Below, in pieces: positions 1 to 12,650 of a stretch of DNA of 64,000 nucleotides. The notes beneath the pieces are model-generated. The model saw only the letters and a list, made by a program, of their open reading frames with translations, was not told the origin of the DNA and made no database searches. The stretch spans positions 60,140,001-60,204,000 of the forward strand of contig OX597822.1 in NCBI GenBank assembly GCA_951406725.2, given 5' to 3'. The position numbers were made by a program, and so were the translations under genes. This DNA is from Octopus vulgaris. Lineage: Eukaryota. Each line of letters opens with the position of its first letter. The stretch's first letter is position 1.

Positions 1-694
1 CAATAGTAGCAGACATTTGTCCAAGGTGTAATACAGTACCACATTGTAGCAAAATGAGCTTCTAACCACATAGCCATGCCTGTTCCTATATATCCAGATA
101 TTTTCTATAAAATCCAAAGTAGTTCAAACTGGAAAAATCTATTTATTTATTGTCCTTTTTTAGCTTTCTGTAAAATAAAATATTTTGAGAAAATGCTTTT
201 AAACGAATTATTTGAAATAATTTCATTTATGTTGAAGAATCCTTTCCATTTGAATCTATTTCCATTTCCCACCTTGTTCAGTCTATGGACAAAGAGTCAG
301 TTAATCATCATCCTCCTCATCATCATCATGTAATATCCACGTTCCAAGCTGGCATGGGTCGGATGGTTTGACAGAATCTCATGAATCCAAGGTGTGCATC
401 ATACACTAATGTCTGATATGGCAGGGTTTCTGCAAGTGGATGCCCTTCCTAATACCAACCACTTTACAGTGTGTACTGTATGCTTTTTTTTTGTACTGCC
501 AGCAGTATTGAGGTTACCATGCAGCTTGCAAGACTACGATCTTTAAGTGAGTGGTTGGCTTTATGCCAGGGGATGAAGGATTAAAGTATGAGAGAAATGG
601 CAGGGCAGACCAGGTTCTTGTTGTGGAACTGAGTGGTTGTTCTCATTTAGTAGGGGCTGCGAAGAGATAGATATGGTATTTTCATTAAGTTGTC

Positions 695-905
695 TTTTAG
701 TCTTTTACTTGTTTCAGTCATTTAACTGTGGCCATACTGGAGCACTGCCTTTAGTCGACCAAATCAACCCTGGGACTTATTCTTTGTAAGCCTAGTATTT
801 ATTCTATCGATCTCTTTTGCCAAACCCCTAAGTTATGGGGACGTAAACACACCAACATCAGTTGTCAAACGATATTGGGGGGACAATCACAGACACACAA
901 ACACG

Positions 906-951
<46 letters not shown>

Positions 952-1106
952 TATATGATGGGCTTCTTTCAGTTTCCACTCACAAGGCTTTGGTCGGCCC
1001 AAGGCTATAGCTGAAGACACTTGCCCAAGGTGCCACACAGTAGGACTGAACCCCGAACCATGTGGTTGGTAAGCAAGCTACTTACCACACAGCCACTCCT
1101 GCGCCT
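695..1106 (-). mobile_element. tRNA-derived SINE family A (CORE-like, internal microsatellite, gtaaaaga tail)
   Basis: Head GGAGTGGCTGTGTGGTAAG (A box)..GGTTCAGTCC (B box)..CCTTGGGCAAGT; many copies in the window. Confidence 0.85.
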
Positions 1107-1159
1107 ATGTGTTACACTTTTACTCAAAGTGTGGTCTTGCATGGTGGTGAAATGTAGGT

Positions 1160-2038
1160 CTTAAATATAGAAGAATGAGAAACATAAAGCAACCACATTC
1201 CTGAGGATGTGTAAGTTAGCGTGCCTGATCAGTAGAAGACAGATGAAATGAGAGAAACTGGATAAAGAGGAATCAGATGTTGTGTGCAAGAGGGAAACAG
1301 CACTGGTGTGGGCACTTGATGCATATAGAGAACGTTTGGTGCCAGCGCAATTGAAATAGATGGAACCTGCTGCAGAGGGAAACCTAGTAAGATATGAGAC
1401 AAAGTTGTGAAGACTAATCCCAAAAAGCAGAACCTCACAAAACAGATGACAAAAAACTGTGGTGACAAGTACTAGGGGAGATATGCCCACCCAAAATCAA
1501 ATTCAATGACTGGCATCTGTGCTAGCGGGATGCAAAGAGCACCATACGAGTGTGATCGTTGATAGAGCGGCTAACTGGCTTCCATGCCGGTAGCACATAA
1601 AAGGCACCATTCGAGTGTGATCATTACCAGCGTCGCCTTACTGGCACTTGAGCCCCATGCTAGTAGGGTGCTAAGAGCACCATCCAAGCGTGATCATTGC
1701 CAGAGCGGCTAACTGGTTTCCATGCCAGTGGCATGTAAAAAGCACCATTCGAGTGTGATCGTTACCAGCATCGCCTTACTGGCACCTGTGCCGGTGGCAT
1801 GTGTAGAAAGATTCGAGCGAGGTTGTTGCCAGTACCGCCTGGCTGGCTCCCATGCTGGTGGCACATAAAAGCACCCACTACACTCTCGGAGTGGTTGGCA
1901 TTAGGAAGGGCATCCAGCTGTAGAAACTCTGCCAGATCAAGATTGGAGCCTGGTGCAGCCATCTGGTTCGCCAGCCCTCAGTCAAATCGTCCAACCCATG
2001 CTAGCATGGAAAGTGGACATTAAACAATGATGATGATT
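1160..2038 (+). mobile_element. RTE LINE 3' portion (decayed ORF end, hairpin-repeat 3' UTR, (GAT)n tail)
   Basis: Decayed GTC.RGKP.K; repeated GCCGGTGGCA..TAAAAAGCACC units; ends ccatgctagcatgga..ttaaacaatgatgatg. Confidence 0.75.
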
Positions 2039-2423
2039 GAGATCACTCTTTTTCTTTGTCATTGTGCCTGTCTAATGAAGGATGCTATCAGATCTGTCTA
2101 TATTCATTAACCCTACATCATCCTTGCATATCATTAGCCATTTCTTTCTTCATGTCAGTTTTCATTGACATCCACTACATTCTCTAACTATGAAATGGTA
2201 GGATGAGATATGAGGGAGATTTAGCAGCTATTTCTTGCAGATTAAATGGTCACATAAAAGGTTCCTCCTTTGTTGCCACTTCTGCTCTGATCTGGCTGTA
2301 GATCAAAATATAGCTTAAACAGTTATCCAATATTTTTATTTGTAACAAATTAAAACAAAAGACATAATAAGATTGGGTACAACAGCAGTATTTAAATTGT
2401 ATACAAAATAATGTGATTTTTAC

Positions 2424-2506
2424 CTGATAATCAGTTGCATTATTTGGATCTTGTTTCTTCTCTTCAATCTCTTCAAACAGTTTCTCACAGAACTGTGGCA
2501 CAATAC
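2424..2506 (-). CDS. KIF28P: KIF28P-like kinesin coding exon 4 (GIVPQFCEKLFEEIEEKKQDPNNATDYQ); gene continues left of the window
   Basis: ttctag acceptor in phase 1, GTAAAA donor; GIxPxxCxxLF kinesin-3 motif. Confidence 0.92.
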
Positions 2507-2573
2507 CTAGAAATGAAATTACCATCAAACCAATAGTAGTATAGTTACTGACACAAATTGTAAATATTAATTA

Positions 2574-3008
2574 CTAGCAGTATAGCCCGGCGATGCTCGG
2601 GTTTGTTTTTTAGTTGCGCTTAAAACGGTAGACTTTGATGTCGTGTTAATAAAGTTTTGACATAGTTTCAATCTTTTTTGAAAAGTGAAAATTATGTAGC
2701 TTGTTATTCTCTTTAAGTGATCATTTTTCTGGTTGAAATACACTGAAAAATGGCGACACAGCAGTAAAAAAATCGTAAAAAATAGGGATTTTCATAGAAA
2801 AAAAGCACCTTTTTGATGTAAATAATTTTTGGACTTAACATGGTCCAATTTGAATTTTTTTCTTCTATGGAATGAAGAGCAAGCCTTCATCTATCATACT
2901 CTCAATTTTGGTCAACTTGCGCTGCAGGGTCTCGGAGGAGATAGTGTTAGTTGAAGGCTACCAAGCCTGCCACACACACACAGACAACTTCAGCTTTATA
3001 TGTATAGA
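2574..3008 (-). mobile_element. Non-autonomous Helitron
   Basis: Minus strand starts TC and ends CTAG in an A|T site; subterminal GC hairpin CCCGAGCATCGCCGGG; second copy at 10266-10654. Confidence 0.8.
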
Positions 3009-3964
3009 TTACTAATTCAATTTCATTCTTAAGAACAGCAGATCCTTGATGTTTAGATTGCTGACACAAACAAACACAATGTATCATAAATTGTAAATGT
3101 AAGAGCAATAACCTTTTCTAATGTAGGCACAAGACCAGTATTTTGTGGAGAGGGGTTGGTCGATTATATCAATCCCTATACTTGACTACTACTTTATAGT
3201 TATCTCCCAAGGGATGAAAGGCAAAGTCATCCTTGGTGAGATTTGAACTCAGAATATAAAGAACCAGAAGAAATGCCACAAAGCATTTTATCCAATGCTC
3301 TAAAAATTCTACCAATCTACCACCCTAGAAGTAATAAATAATAACCGTTTCTAATATAGGCACAAAGCTAGCAATTTGGAGTTAAGGGGCTAGTTAATTG
3401 TATTGACTAGTACTTTATTTTGTTGACCCAGAAGAATGAAAACTAAAGCTGGCCTTGATGGAATTTGGAATCAGAACAAAAAGAGCTGGAACTAAATGCC
3501 ATCAGGCATTTTTCTTATGCTCTAGCAATTCTATCATTCCACTGTCTTCATAGGAGTAATAATAAAAATTGGTTCAAATAATGTTGAAATTATTGTATTC
3601 TTCTATAAAAGTTGTCTTAGAATTTTTAACACCCATTCTTGCTTTCTGACTTTTATAGACCTTATGTGTCTGAAGCCCAGTAATAAAACAACATCGAGTT
3701 TAGTAAGTCATACTAGTAAGATACTACTTAATTATGTCGCACTTTTCATGTAGTGAATCTAAAATGTCATTCATCAAAGTTAGCTCTGATCCACTAGGCC
3801 TTTGATCAAAATCATTCTCAAGTTGATCATCCTCTCTTGTTTTGTAGACATACTACTGCAAGGGTTACATTCTGTAGCATGAAATGGGGTTGTCAGGTTC
3901 AGATGATCCCAACCACAAGGTCCATACCAATATTATTATTAATACAGCATTTTTTCTTTTCTTT

Positions 3965-4327
3965 TTTCTTTAGTCAAGCAAATTGACCCCAGGACTTATT
4001 CTTTGTAAGCCTAGTACTTATTCTATCAGTCCCTCTTGCCAAACTGCTAAGTGACAGGGGCGTAAACACACCAGCATCGATTGTCAAGCGATGTTAGGGG
4101 GACAAACACAGACACACACAAACAAGAAGCCCATCGTGTATGTATATATATATATATGTGTGTGTGTACGACGGGCTTCTTTCAGTTTCCGTCTACCAAA
4201 TCCACTCACAAGGGTTTGGTCGGCCTGAGGCTATAGTAGAAGACACTTGGCCAAGGTACCATGCAGTGGGACTGAATCCGGAACCATGTGGTTGGTAAGC
4301 AAGCTACTTACCAAACAGCCACTCCTT
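3965..4327 (-). mobile_element. SINE family A
   Basis: Colinear with other family A copies. Confidence 0.85.
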
Positions 4328-4452
4328 TCTTCTAATTTTATATTCTTTGCAAATTAGAAGCTAATGGTGGATCAATTTTAATAACTCAGGAACACCTTTC
4401 TGCTGGTTGAACTAGTGTTTTATCATATGACAGTGTGTGTTATAGTACTTAC

Positions 4453-4585
4453 CTTTATTATTTCCATACCCAACAATCGACCAACTTTTGCCAGACCCAG
4501 TTTGTCCATAAGCAAACATTGTTGAATTATATCCTTCCCAAGCATTATGAAGGATTCCAAGACCAAGATCATCAAAAATTTTTTT
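4453..4585 (-). CDS. KIF28P: KIF28P-like kinesin coding exon 3 with P-loop (KKIFDDLGLGILHNAWEGYNSTMFAYGQTGSGKSWSIVGYGNNK)
   Basis: tttcag acceptor, GTAAGT donor, kinesin P-loop AYGQTGSGKS; phase 0 to phase 1. Confidence 0.95.
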
Positions 4586-4842
4586 CTGAAACCAGAAAAG
4601 AATATATAGAATATCTTGTTGTAAAAGCTAATAAAAGAGCATTCACTTTCTAATAGAAATAATTATATAAAATTAGAATTTTCATCAGAAAAGCGTCATA
4701 ATTTCATTTACAGATAGATATGGAGAGAGAGAGACAGAGACAGACAAACAACATACAGAACATTGCACCACATAGCATGGTACATAGTACTCATATATTA
4801 CTATAGTACTCTTAACAGAACAGCAATATTAGGAAGTATAAA

Positions 4843-5070
4843 GGGTGGGGAGCTGGCAGAATCGTTAGCACCCCGGGTGAAATGTTTAGTGGTATTTCGT
4901 TTGCTGTTATGTTCAATTCCGCCGAGGTTGACTTTGCCTTTCATCCTTTCAGGATCAAATAAATAAGTACCAGTTACGCACTGAGGTCAATGTAATCGAC
5001 TTAATCCCTTTGTCTGTCCTTGTTTGTCCCCTCTATGTTTAGCCCTCTGTGGGCAATAAAGAAATAAATA
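4843..5070 (+). mobile_element. tRNA-derived SINE family B (other copies at about 3112-3550 x2 -, 8665-8866 -, 13480-13665 +, 14761-14972 +, 16692-16900 +, 18137-18300 +, 23401-23575 +, 45900-46046 +, 63830-64000 -)
   Basis: GAGCTGGCAGAATCGTTAG..GTTCAA(A)TTCCGCCGAGGTCGACTTTGCCTTTCATCCTTTC consensus repeated through the window. Confidence 0.85.
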
Positions 5071-5502
5071 TAAAGCAGTATGTACATTACATAGAAAAGT
5101 CTTAATATATAGAATTCACTGTGAGTGTGCGTGTGTCACCTCTATGCATGGCCAAACTGCTGGATCAGTCTGTACCAAATTTGGCATGAAGGTTTTTCAT
5201 TACTTTGGGAAAGGTTCTAGTTCAGTGTAAAACTCATAAATAAAGCAAAACACTGAGTCATACAGAACTGCACTTGGCTGTGCAATGAAAATACACAATA
5301 AAAATAATGTTATTTAAATTATTATGACACTGTTTCCTCTCTTCAATGAATCCAACAATTATAAGATAGAGGCTGAAGTAATAAATGGATGTGAAGAAGA
5401 TGGAAAAACAAGACAATTAAAAAAACAAAAAAACTAAAAGTTAAACATGAAAATGGGTTGAAAAATTTCATATTAAGAATTTGGTAGGAAAAGCTGGTAT
5501 AC

Positions 5503-5892
5503 AGGTGTAGGAGTGGCTGTGTGGTAAGTAGCTTGCTTACCAACCACATGGTCCTAGGTTCAGTCCCACTGTGTGGCACTTTGGGCAAGTGTTTTCTACT
5601 ATAGCCTCAGGCCAACCAAAGCCTTGTGAGTGGATTTGGTAGATGTAAACTGAAAGAAGCCTGTCATATATATGTATATATGTGTGTGTGTGTGTGTGTA
5701 TATGTTTGTATGTCTGTGTTTGTCCCCCCCCCCCCCAAACATCGTTTGACAACCAATGCTAGTGCGTTTACATCACTTAGCGGTTCGGCAAAAGAGACTG
5801 ATAGAATAAGTGCTAGGCTTACAAAGAATATGTAAAAAAGTGGTGCTCCAGCATGGCCACAGTCAAATGACTGAAACAAGTAAAAGAGTAAG
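5503..5892 (+). mobile_element. SINE family A
   Basis: Full head-to-tail copy. Confidence 0.85.
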
Positions 5893-6771
5893 AGAGAGAG
5901 AGAGAGAGCCAATACTTAACTAGACTGAGTGAACTGAAAGTAGATTGAGGAAACAGTATTGAATGAGAATCACAAGACTCAAAGCTGGAACTAAAGGGTT
6001 GTTTGTTTTTTTTAATGCATCTGAAGACCAAAGCCTTCACATCAGAATCTATCAAAACATATAAAAGATATTTTACTGACACTCTGTCAGTTACAATGAT
6101 GAGGGTTCCAGTTGGACACTCTGCTTGTGAACAGCCTACTCATGAAATTAACATGCATGTGGCTGATTACTCCACAGATATGCTTACCTTTAAGGTAGTT
6201 CTCAGGAAGATTCAGCATGATACAAAATGCGATAAGTCTAGGCCTTTGAATTATAGGTACAACTCATTTTTGCCAGCTGAGTGGACTGGAGCAATGTGAA
6301 ATAAAGTGCCTTGCTCAAGGACACAGTGTCTCACCAGGTATCGAACACGCAACCTTATGATCTTGAGCCAAATGCCCTAACCACTTAACCACACACCTTT
6401 ATATAAAAATATAATGCTTTATATAAAACTATGTTTTATATGACTATATGATATGGGGAGATTGTGAAGAAACTATCATACAAATTAGTTTGGTTAGCTT
6501 TTAAAAATGGGAATATTTAGAAAGGTTATATCATAGTTAAATCTTTCATACATTGCCATCTGAAAAGAACTGGTAGAAACTATCACCACAAACTGTCTCA
6601 GAAAACAACAAAGTAACCATATTCTGTATGCATATCCATGCAGGCAGTGAGATTACTACAAATAGATCAGCTGTTATTGTTAAAGATCATCAGTAAGTGA
6701 AACAACTCCTACTCAGTGTTTTGATTCTAGTAGGCAAAAATACATCTCTAAAAGAAATACACAAACTATTC

Positions 6772-6802
<31 letters not shown>

Positions 6803-6832
6803 TGGGGAAAGCTTGTATGTATGTATGTATGA

Positions 6833-7001
6833 ATGGGGAAAGCTTGGTCTGCAATGTTTGCAGTCGTGTATGCTTGTCAAGAGCAGGGCTCATTAGCCAC
6901 CAACGGAGCCGCAAATGCAAAATATAAGTTAGTCCTAGAGCGCACAATGTTCCTGAAGGTTGGCAATGGTCTTCCTCGGTCACGAGTGGACAGTCATCAT
7001 C
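6833..7001 (+). mobile_element. LINE 3' end with a single C2H2-like finger, inserted in (TATG)n
   Basis: LVCNVCSRVCLSRAGLISHQRS plus gcaatggtc..ctcg..cgag..gacagtcat terminus. Confidence 0.55.
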
Positions 7002-7299
7002 ATGTATGTATGTATGTATGTACGTTCGTACGTATGTATGTACATACATATGTATAAATGTATGTATGTATGTATGTATGTATGTACATACGTACATATG
7101 TATATATGTATGTATGTAGTGTTTGAAGTAGTGTACAGATATTGTATATTGAGAAAAAGGGAGCAGTCAGAATTTTGGATAATTCTTTATTAGCGCTTTT
7201 GTTCATTCAGCTGAACTCTTCAAGACAAAAATTTTGGTTTTAATCTTTGTCTTGAAGAGTTCAGTTAAACAAACGAAAGCACTAATAAAGAATTATCCA

Positions 7300-7350
<51 letters not shown>

Positions 7351-7449
7351 TAATAATAATAATAAATAATAATAACAACAACAACAACAGTAATAATAAT
7401 AATAATAATAATAACAATAAAAATGATAATATTAATAATAAATTCTGCT

Positions 7450-8655
7450 CCTCATGGAATTACATGGTCACTTTCACTGTGAAACTAACAACTTAAAAGA
7501 CCAAGAAGCATCACGGAGGTGGCTCAGCAAGGGTGACCTTAAAAAGAAAACTGAAAGCCTAATCATTGCTGACCAGGACAAGGCATTAAATAGCAGGTCA
7601 ATGAAAAATGTATATATGTACCAAAAGTGCAACAAACCTCTGCAGAATGTGTTGGAAGAAGGCTTAAACCGTGATTCACATTTTTAGTGCACGTGAAAGT
7701 CTTGTGCAGAATGAGTACAAGTCCAAACATGACAAGGTAGCCTTATACTTTCACTGGCTACTATGTCAGAAGCATGGATATGTGTGGACAGATCCAGGAA
7801 GGCAAAGATCCCCTGGAACTTTGACTTTCAGACAGACAAAGTGTTTTACTGACACTCTGTCAGTTACAATGATGAGGGTTCCAGTTAGAAACACCTTGTC
7901 TGTCTGAAAGTCAAAGTTCCAGGGGATCTTTGCCTTCCTGGATCTGTCCATTGCCTTTTCTGATATATGTTGGTGCCAAGCACCCATTACCACATATCCA
8001 TGCTTCTGACATAGTAGCCAGTGAAAGTATAAGGCTACCTTGTCATGTTTGGACTTGTACTCATTCTGCACAAGACTTTCACGTGCACTAAAAATGTGAA
8101 TCACAGTTTAAGCCTTCTTCCCACACATTCTGCACTTGTGGTGCATATATTCATTTTTCATTGAGTTGCTATTTAATGCCTTGTCCTGGTCAGCAATGAT
8201 TAGGCTTTCAGTCTTCTTTTCTAGGTCGCCCTTGCTGAGCCACCTCCATGATGCTTCTTGGTCTTTAGGAGGGACAAACAAGAGTGCCTAATAGTTGGCA
8301 TGGCAGTGCCAGGAGATCAACATATTATCGTGAAAGAAAGAGGAAAGATTGACAAATATGGAGATCTGAGAATTGAGGTCGCCAAGATGTGATGGCTGCA
8401 AGAGTCAAACATAAAGGCGGCTGTTCCTGTTGTCATTGGAGTTTTGGATCAATACCACCCAACCTGGACACTTTAGAAATACCTTACAATCTAGGTGTAT
8501 CTCAAAAATCAGCTTTACTTGGAACTGCATGCATACTGTGTAAAGTTCTGTCTGTCTGAGGTCCTTGTGACTTGGCAGATCATACAAACCCCTGGTACAC
8601 ACAATATCTTCAATGTACAACATCACACTGTTGAATACTGTGTGACACCTTCAAT
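7450..8655. mobile_element. R4/Dong-like RLE LINE fragments in a +/-/+ (inverted-duplicated) arrangement
   Basis: WL.KGDLK..TESLIIA.QD.AL, Y..KHD.VA..HW.LC, KYGDLRIEV, VPVVIG; flanked by (TAA)n. Confidence 0.85.
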
Positions 8656-8939
8656 AATAATAATCCTGCACAAGGCCTGAAATTTTTGAGAGGGATTTAG
8701 TTGATTACATCAACCCCAATGCACAACTGGTACTTATTTTATTGACCCTGAAAGAACGAGAGGCAAAGTTGACTTCAGCAGAACTTGAACTCAGAACACA
8801 GAGACAGACAAAATGTTGTTAAACCTTTTGTCCAATGTGCTAATGATTCTGCCAGCTCACCACCTTAATAATAATAAAATAACAACATGTCAAAATTCCA
8901 CTGAACAAATCAATTCAAACAATTAATTAAAAGTCTAAC

Positions 8940-9146
8940 CTGATCAGCATATTTGTTGCAGTTGGGGTGGCTTGGATCCGGAGAAAAATAACCATTTTCT
9001 TCTTCTTTGAAGCCATCATGAGACCAATAACTGTAGTCAAAATTAAATTTGTGAACACTTTCTGCATTTTTAGGGTCAGTGATTCTTGTCTCACTGCCAT
9101 TCATATTAATAACAAGAGTAGCATTTCGTTCTTTTTCTCTTGAGTT
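8940..9146 (-). CDS. KIF28P: KIF28P-like kinesin coding exon 2 (NSREKERNATLVINMNG...KFNFDYSYWSHDGF...KYADQ)
   Basis: ttttag acceptor, 207 nt open, GTTAGA donor; kinesin-3 FDYSYWSH motif. Confidence 0.93.
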
Positions 9147-10265
9147 CTAAAAGAATTGTGTTAAGGTGTAATTACTGATTCAGTTTTCATTTTAAAAATT
9201 TTAGTATTTGTTCACATTGAAGAATAAAAGATTGGAACTGTTCACTAATGAAAACTGATGAAGAAATTGAATATCATATATGTATACGTATATACACATA
9301 CACACTTATATATATTTATGTGTTAACATGTATTTTAGGATACATTAATTACATATTTTCTGTATCCAAATATGTTGATGCAACAGAAATGAATGTTGAT
9401 TTTGTATGGAGAATTCAACAATTAAGGATGTGATTTTCTGTATCCATATTTTTGTAGTCTAATACTCTGAATTTCTCAAAATTCTTCAAAATGATATTTA
9501 GATCTACCTGTCATACATGAGGAATTATGCATTTATTGGTGTCTGTTTAATACAGTTAACCAAATTCATTTAAAACTGAGTTCTTTATTGATATCTGTCA
9601 GGATTTTTTAGTCCCTTTTTGTTTCTTATTATAATTACACACACACACATACACACACAATTAATAATTTTAAATTTGGGTATATATATATATATATATA
9701 TATACACCTTGTAGTATTCCATTTAAAGCCCTTCGCTGTATTTGGCTACCTGATATCAACAGTATGGATTTCATGGCAAAAGTGACTGATAGAATAAGTA
9801 CTAGACTTCCAAAGAATAAGTCCTGGGATCGATTTGCTCAACTAAAGGCGGTGCCCCAGCATGGCCGCAGTTAAATGACTGAAACAAGTAAAAGAGTAAA
9901 AGAGAGTAAAGAGTATACAACTATCAATTAGGTTGACTTGCAGCAATTCAAAATGTAGGGATATTATAGCTGCCGAGAAGTCGATTGGCGATAGTTTGTG
10001 TTTCAATCAATCTTGTACATGTACAATAGAATAAAAGTATAGACACACCAGTTGTATGAAATTATACTTGTACGTTGGTACATACAAGTATAATTATGGT
10101 ATGAGCTATTAGAGATATTTATGCTTCTCTGCTTTTTGTTCTAAATATGTTGCTCTTAAAGATTATTTTAGCCAATTAAATATAAACATGCAAGTCTGTT
10201 CCACTTCAATATACTGAAATGTAATAAAGTGTTGCAGTTTAATTTAAATGAGTTTTTAATTATCA

Positions 10266-10654
10266 CTAGCAGTATCGCCCGGCGTTACTCGGGTTTGTTT
10301 TGACCCTTTAGAATTGGAATTTTTGAAAAGTAATATTTTGTATCATGTAGCTTGTTATTCTCTTTAAGTGAACATTTTTCTTGTTGAAATACACCAAAAA
10401 ATGGCGACACAGCAGTAAAAAAAATCGTAAAAAATAGGGGTTTTCATAGAAAAAAAGCACCTTTTTGATGCAAATAATTTTTGGTGTTAACATGGTCCGA
10501 TTTGAATTTTTTCTTCTACAGAAGAAAGAGCAAGCCTTCTATCATACTCTTAATTTTGGTCAACTTGCGCTGCAGGGTCTCGGAGGAGATAGTGTTAGTT
10601 GAAGGCTACCAAACCCGCCATACGCAGACAACTTCAGCTTTATACATATAGAGA
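10266..10654 (-). mobile_element. Non-autonomous Helitron (same family as 2574-3008)
   Basis: TC...CCCGAGTAACGCCGGG..CTAG ends; high similarity to the first copy. Confidence 0.8.
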
Positions 10655-11334
10655 TTGTGGTATTTTATGTTGATATCTAATTTTCTATAGTGGTACATCC
10701 ACGCACACACACACACACACACACATACATACATACATGGACGGACGGACTGATGTGTTGAGTTCGAGGAACAAAAATACTATTGGTAGGTGTCAGGGCG
10801 CGCAATAAAACCACTGGAAATCACAGCGTCTGTATAGCTTGGGGATACGGACGTAATAACAGCAGTTTCGTGTTATCACAGGTCATCTTGCTTCGGCCTG
10901 TCACTTGCTAGAAATCACCAAGGCTTAGACAGTGGTAGCCATGTTGTACAAATGTTTATCATTATAACGCATTTACGCACAGATGACTATTTATTGTGAT
11001 CTCATTTGTCGTTCCATCTACTAAGAGTTCTATGGCTATAGAAGAGTGGCAACGTATGCAGACCTAACCAGTTCGAAGCGCACAGAAAGTGGCGGAAGTA
11101 AAGAATACGCACACCACCCGTTTTCGACGTAACCCTAATCCTAAACACCGGGTGTGCGCATTCTTTGCTTTCGCCTGTCACGCATGTTTCATGCCATGCA
11201 GATCTTGAAAGTCATCTGAAAGTTCTTGGACAGAAATGGCATTGACAACGAGAAAGCGCAAACAGACGATCATCTGAAAAGATAATCACTGTGTGTGTGT
11301 GTGTAAAACAGTTAACATTAGATGTATATATTGA

Positions 11335-11350
11335 CAGATAGATAGATAGG

Positions 11351-11413
<63 letters not shown>

Positions 11414-11522
11414 GTAGATAGATAGATAGATAGATAGATAGGTAGATAGATAGGTAGACAGGTAGATAGATAGGTAGATAGATAGATAGGTAGATAGATA
11501 GATAAGATAGATAGGTAGGTAG

Positions 11523-11573
<51 letters not shown>

Positions 11574-11608
11574 GTAGGTAGGTAGGTAGGTAGGTAGATA
11601 GATAGATA
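11335..11608. repeat. (GATA/GGTA)n microsatellite
   Basis: Direct observation. Confidence 0.95.
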
Positions 11609-11697
11609 CATACACACAATAGTAAGTAGATAAGAAGAGAGACTAATGTTTGTCTCCAACGTATTATATTCCACAGAAACCTATGGTAGCACTAAGT

Positions 11698-12040
11698 CAG
11701 TGGTTCTCAACCGGAGTCCATATGGCCCCTGGTGGTCCATATAATATTTTTTGGGGTGTGGGTGGGTCCACGCAACAAAAGAATAAATTGGGGATCCACA
11801 ATAGTATGTTAAAGGCCCCTAAAAAAAGTTGTTTTTGGTGTATATATTGCTAGAAACAGAAAGGCTTCTTTTTCGATCGTTTTACATAGTTCAACCTACA
11901 CAAGTAAATGTATGAAAAACAAAATAAGACGTTTATATAAAACTAGTTTTTAAACATTGAATGGCTATGGGAGTCCACCAGAATAAAATAGTAATCAAAG
12001 GGATCCATGGACTTTTTTTTTAAATGGTTGAGAAACTCTG
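11698..12040. mobile_element. hAT (Charlie-like) MITE
   Basis: TIRs CAGTGGTTCTCAACC / GGTTGAGAAACTCTG; 8-bp TSD cactaagt/ctctaagt (7 of 8 match). Confidence 0.8.
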
Positions 12041-12459
12041 CTCTAAGTGATAAAAACGAAATCTGTAAAAATTTAGAAGTGGTTGTTATAATGTCAAGGG
12101 AGATAACTTAGTGATGAATTAGTTTTAAAATGCACAAAGCCACCAGTTTTCAATTACTGTGTGTGTGTTTACTGTTTTAAAATGAATTGAGTACTTCGTT
12201 GACTAATTAAGCAGTTATAATACATCAATGACAACAGCAAGCTAGTTTTACAGCGGCAGTGAAGGGAGCAAAGCCTGAGATTTTTGAGTCAACGCCAATA
12301 GTCAAGGCTTGTCATGTCACCCTCCGCAGACTTCTGCCAAGCAGCTCATTTTAAGATAGATACGCGAGTAAAATTACTAATAGGGAAACGATGAACGTGT
12401 TTTCAAGGGAGATAATAAAAAAACGTAACTAATACTTCATGTAAAGTAAATATAACAAA

Positions 12460-12650
12460 TGAAAAATCCTTCAAGGATCCATAAAAATTCCCAGATCACT
12501 ACCAAAATTTCATCATCTGTTCCTTGTGTCATTACCAACTATTCCTGCAAGTTTCATCAAATACTGTTCACAACTTTTTGAGTTAGTTTGCACACAGACA
12601 GACAAACCAATGCCGGTTAAAACATAACCTCCTTCCTTGGCAGAGGTAAA
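12460..12650. mobile_element. Helentron-associated (HINE/DINE-like) fragment
   Basis: aagtttcatcaaa..., (acag)n, terminal hairpin aacctcc..ttggcagaggtaaaa. Confidence 0.5.

Noticed and set aside
11212-11674. YLSI-repeat ORFs (likewise YIYI, CVCV and MYVC ORFs throughout the track)
   Set aside because: Translations of microsatellites
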